Below the pieces are notes generated by a model that saw nothing but the letters and a program-made list of their open reading frames with translations, was not told where the DNA came from and did not search any database. From Raillietiella orientalis (lineage: Eukaryota): a stretch of DNA of 64,000 nt. The DNA is taken from positions 992,001 through 1,056,000 of the forward strand of contig JAYWIR010000014.1 in assembly GCA_036172245.1 (NCBI GenBank). The letters are read 5' to 3'. Shown here piece by piece: positions 61,900 through 64,000 of the stretch; the first letter of the stretch is position 1, and each line of letters starts with the position of its first letter. The translations under genes and the position numbers were made by a program.

Positions 61900-63050
61900 G
61901 TCGCGTGCTCCTCGAGGAGGGAGACGCCGAACCGAGTAGGCGCCTCCTGCTGAACGGAGGTGAGCACAGGATGAGGAGGACGGACTGGCACCAAAACCCA
62001 AAGCACGGGAGGTCAGGGAAACCGAGCAGCTTTTCCACGAAACTGCGAGCACACTCGCGCAGTGAATTGCGATGCCGCGCAGATTAGAGCCACGAGCTCC
62101 CCACAGGGCAGACGGCCCTTCTCAGGCCTTGGAGGTGTGCGATGGCAACGGAAGGAATGAAAAGGTGTACTGTGCGCGCATCCCGAGAGCCTCGACGGAT
62201 CGCCGCCCTCTCCCTCCACCCCAACCCTCTCGCAAAGGCTCGCCTTCGCGCCCTACCGCACGATGGTTGTGGCCGCTGGTTCCCGAGCCAAACTGCCAAG
62301 TTGGAGAGCTGTTTCTCCCTCCCCCCCCCCTCTCTTGCTCGCCTGGCGAGGATTCTGCAAAGTCCGACCGGAGTCCACCCGGAGACACCCTTTCGTTAGC
62401 CTGCGACGCCGGTCTTCCCTCAACCACTGACTTCCATATGACAGGATTTTACCGCGCCTTCCGCGATGACCGCGAAAAGTCTACCCACCCCCAGTTTCGG
62501 TCAACAGTCGAAGCCCTTCTTTGCCCGTGGCAGAGAGCCTTGCGCGGAACGGATATGCTTCCCTGGACCACGGTGAGCCACGCTTTTCGAACAGGAGCGG
62601 TCCTGTGATCGCAAACCGACGATGGCGATCGATACGTACGAGAAGGTGCACCCCGTGTTCCCCGATCCCAAGCGTTGGCTCTCCCCTGCATAAGAATCGC
62701 CTCTATCTAATGAAGCGTTCCCTGGCATTCCCGGACGCGAAAGCGAGGACCGCTTCGCCGCTTCTCGGAGAGCGAGTGGGGGGAGCAGGAGGGGGGAACG
62801 AGAGCGCGCGCTTTCACATAATTCCGTGTCCGTCCGTTGCCATCCCCCGGGGATCTCTTGGTTTGCCGTTTGTTCACCTGGACGAGCACCGACTCGCAAC
62901 CTCCGGGCCCGCTCAGACGACGCCTGGCCGTCCCGAGCGGGACTCCGAGTGACGGCAACCTCGCGAGGCAGCGACAACACACGGCATCGGAACCAGCCCG
63001 AGGCGAAAAAGAACCGCTTTCTCGAGGCGGGAGGCAAGTAACTTCCGGAG
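61900..63050 (+). mobile_element. Degenerate non-LTR ORF2 C-terminal region
   Basis: MTGFYRAF...LPWTTV...RWRSI...NESARFHIIPCP follows the post-RT/zinc-knuckle pattern. Confidence 0.45.
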
Positions 63051-64000
63051 TGGCAAACAGCGGGCGCTTCGCTTGTGCGCAAACCTTGTGCGCTTCGCGA
63101 AAGGCGATTTCCCCGAGCTCGCAGGGCTGCACGCCTTTTCCGCCGTTGCACATCCCTTCTCCGAGTTGTGCACGTTTTACGCAACAGCTGGCACGGAGGA
63201 CACTGAGCTTGCCATTCTCGTCGCAAAGGACGAAATAGCCGTGTCCTTCGTGCTTTCAGTCTTATTCCAACGCCTCCTGCTCTCCGCTTCCCCTTTTCCA
63301 GAAAGGTCACCTGTCGAGGCTGAAAAGTTTGAACCCGTTCTTTTAGAAACCTGGTAATAAGTGACTCCTCGTTTCCAAATGACGCTGGTTGTTCTCACTC
63401 TCCCCCCTTTCTCCCGGGGCTCTTTCCAGTCTGATTCTTCGCTCTTTCGAACCGACCCATTCCCGACAGCAACTTGCGCTGACATCCGACTGAAGCACGC
63501 GGGTTCATTTTACGGCAATCTTCTAAATAATCAAAGAATTCGAAACCTAATCAGCTCACGCTAACAGCCGGCAGATCATTTTCCGATGGTCCGTGGATTT
63601 TTTCCTCGAGAGATAAAATCACTTTCACTTGGTCTGGATTTCTGCGGCGAAAGATCGCACAATTGCGGCAAAGTGCTGGAGAAACCTGCAGCGCGATCGA
63701 ACGGGACGCGGTCGGCTGTTCTGGGTGCATCCGGGAAATGAGGAAGAATCGATCCGACCGCCTCGTATTGTTGCTAATTATTTCAAAGGAAAATCGCACA
63801 CGTACACGAAATCCTTGCGGTGTCGAGTTCCCCATTTCCGCAGAAAGTGCAGCGCTGCTGAAAATAGAAATAGATAAACGTGATTCCTTGTTCTTCGGAG
63901 CGTGACCGAAAAGGTACGCAAATTCTGGAAACGCATGCAACGCGTGGACACCGACTTTTCTCGGGTGTTACAGAGAAATGGCAGCAGAGAACGACAAGTG

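Overview
GC-rich eukaryotic DNA, most likely from an arthropod. That is inferred from the splice signals, one intact coding exon and a Wolbachia/Rickettsiales-type insertion. Most of the 64 kb is a nested set of degenerate Tx1/L1-like non-LTR retrotransposon fragments on both strands: APE endonuclease, RT, C-terminal Cys/His region and 3' UTRs, with no intact element. One intact host coding exon lies at about 1486-2696 (+) and encodes a putative nuclear protein. A few CpG-rich unique islands (43.8-45.5, 47.8-48.2, 54-55.6 kb) look regulatory. The main signals are: (1) a 211-bp AT-rich bacterial priA fragment inserted into a retrotransposon ORF2, with a perfect snap-back palindrome and microhomology at the junction, which is a polymerase-theta-like repair scar; (2) a conserved 3'-terminal RNA module (hairpins, AATAAA, terminal stem-loop) in four diverged element copies, with covarying stems; (3) two pairs of identical or near-identical tracts (269 bp inverted, about 960 bp direct) inside otherwise diverged homologous flanks; (4) a 63-bp tandem repeat carrying MADS/MEF2-type boxes upstream of an ORF2 remnant. 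No rRNA, tRNA, CRISPR array or prokaryotic operon was seen. All homology calls come from motif recognition by eye, and boundaries of degenerate fragments are approximate.
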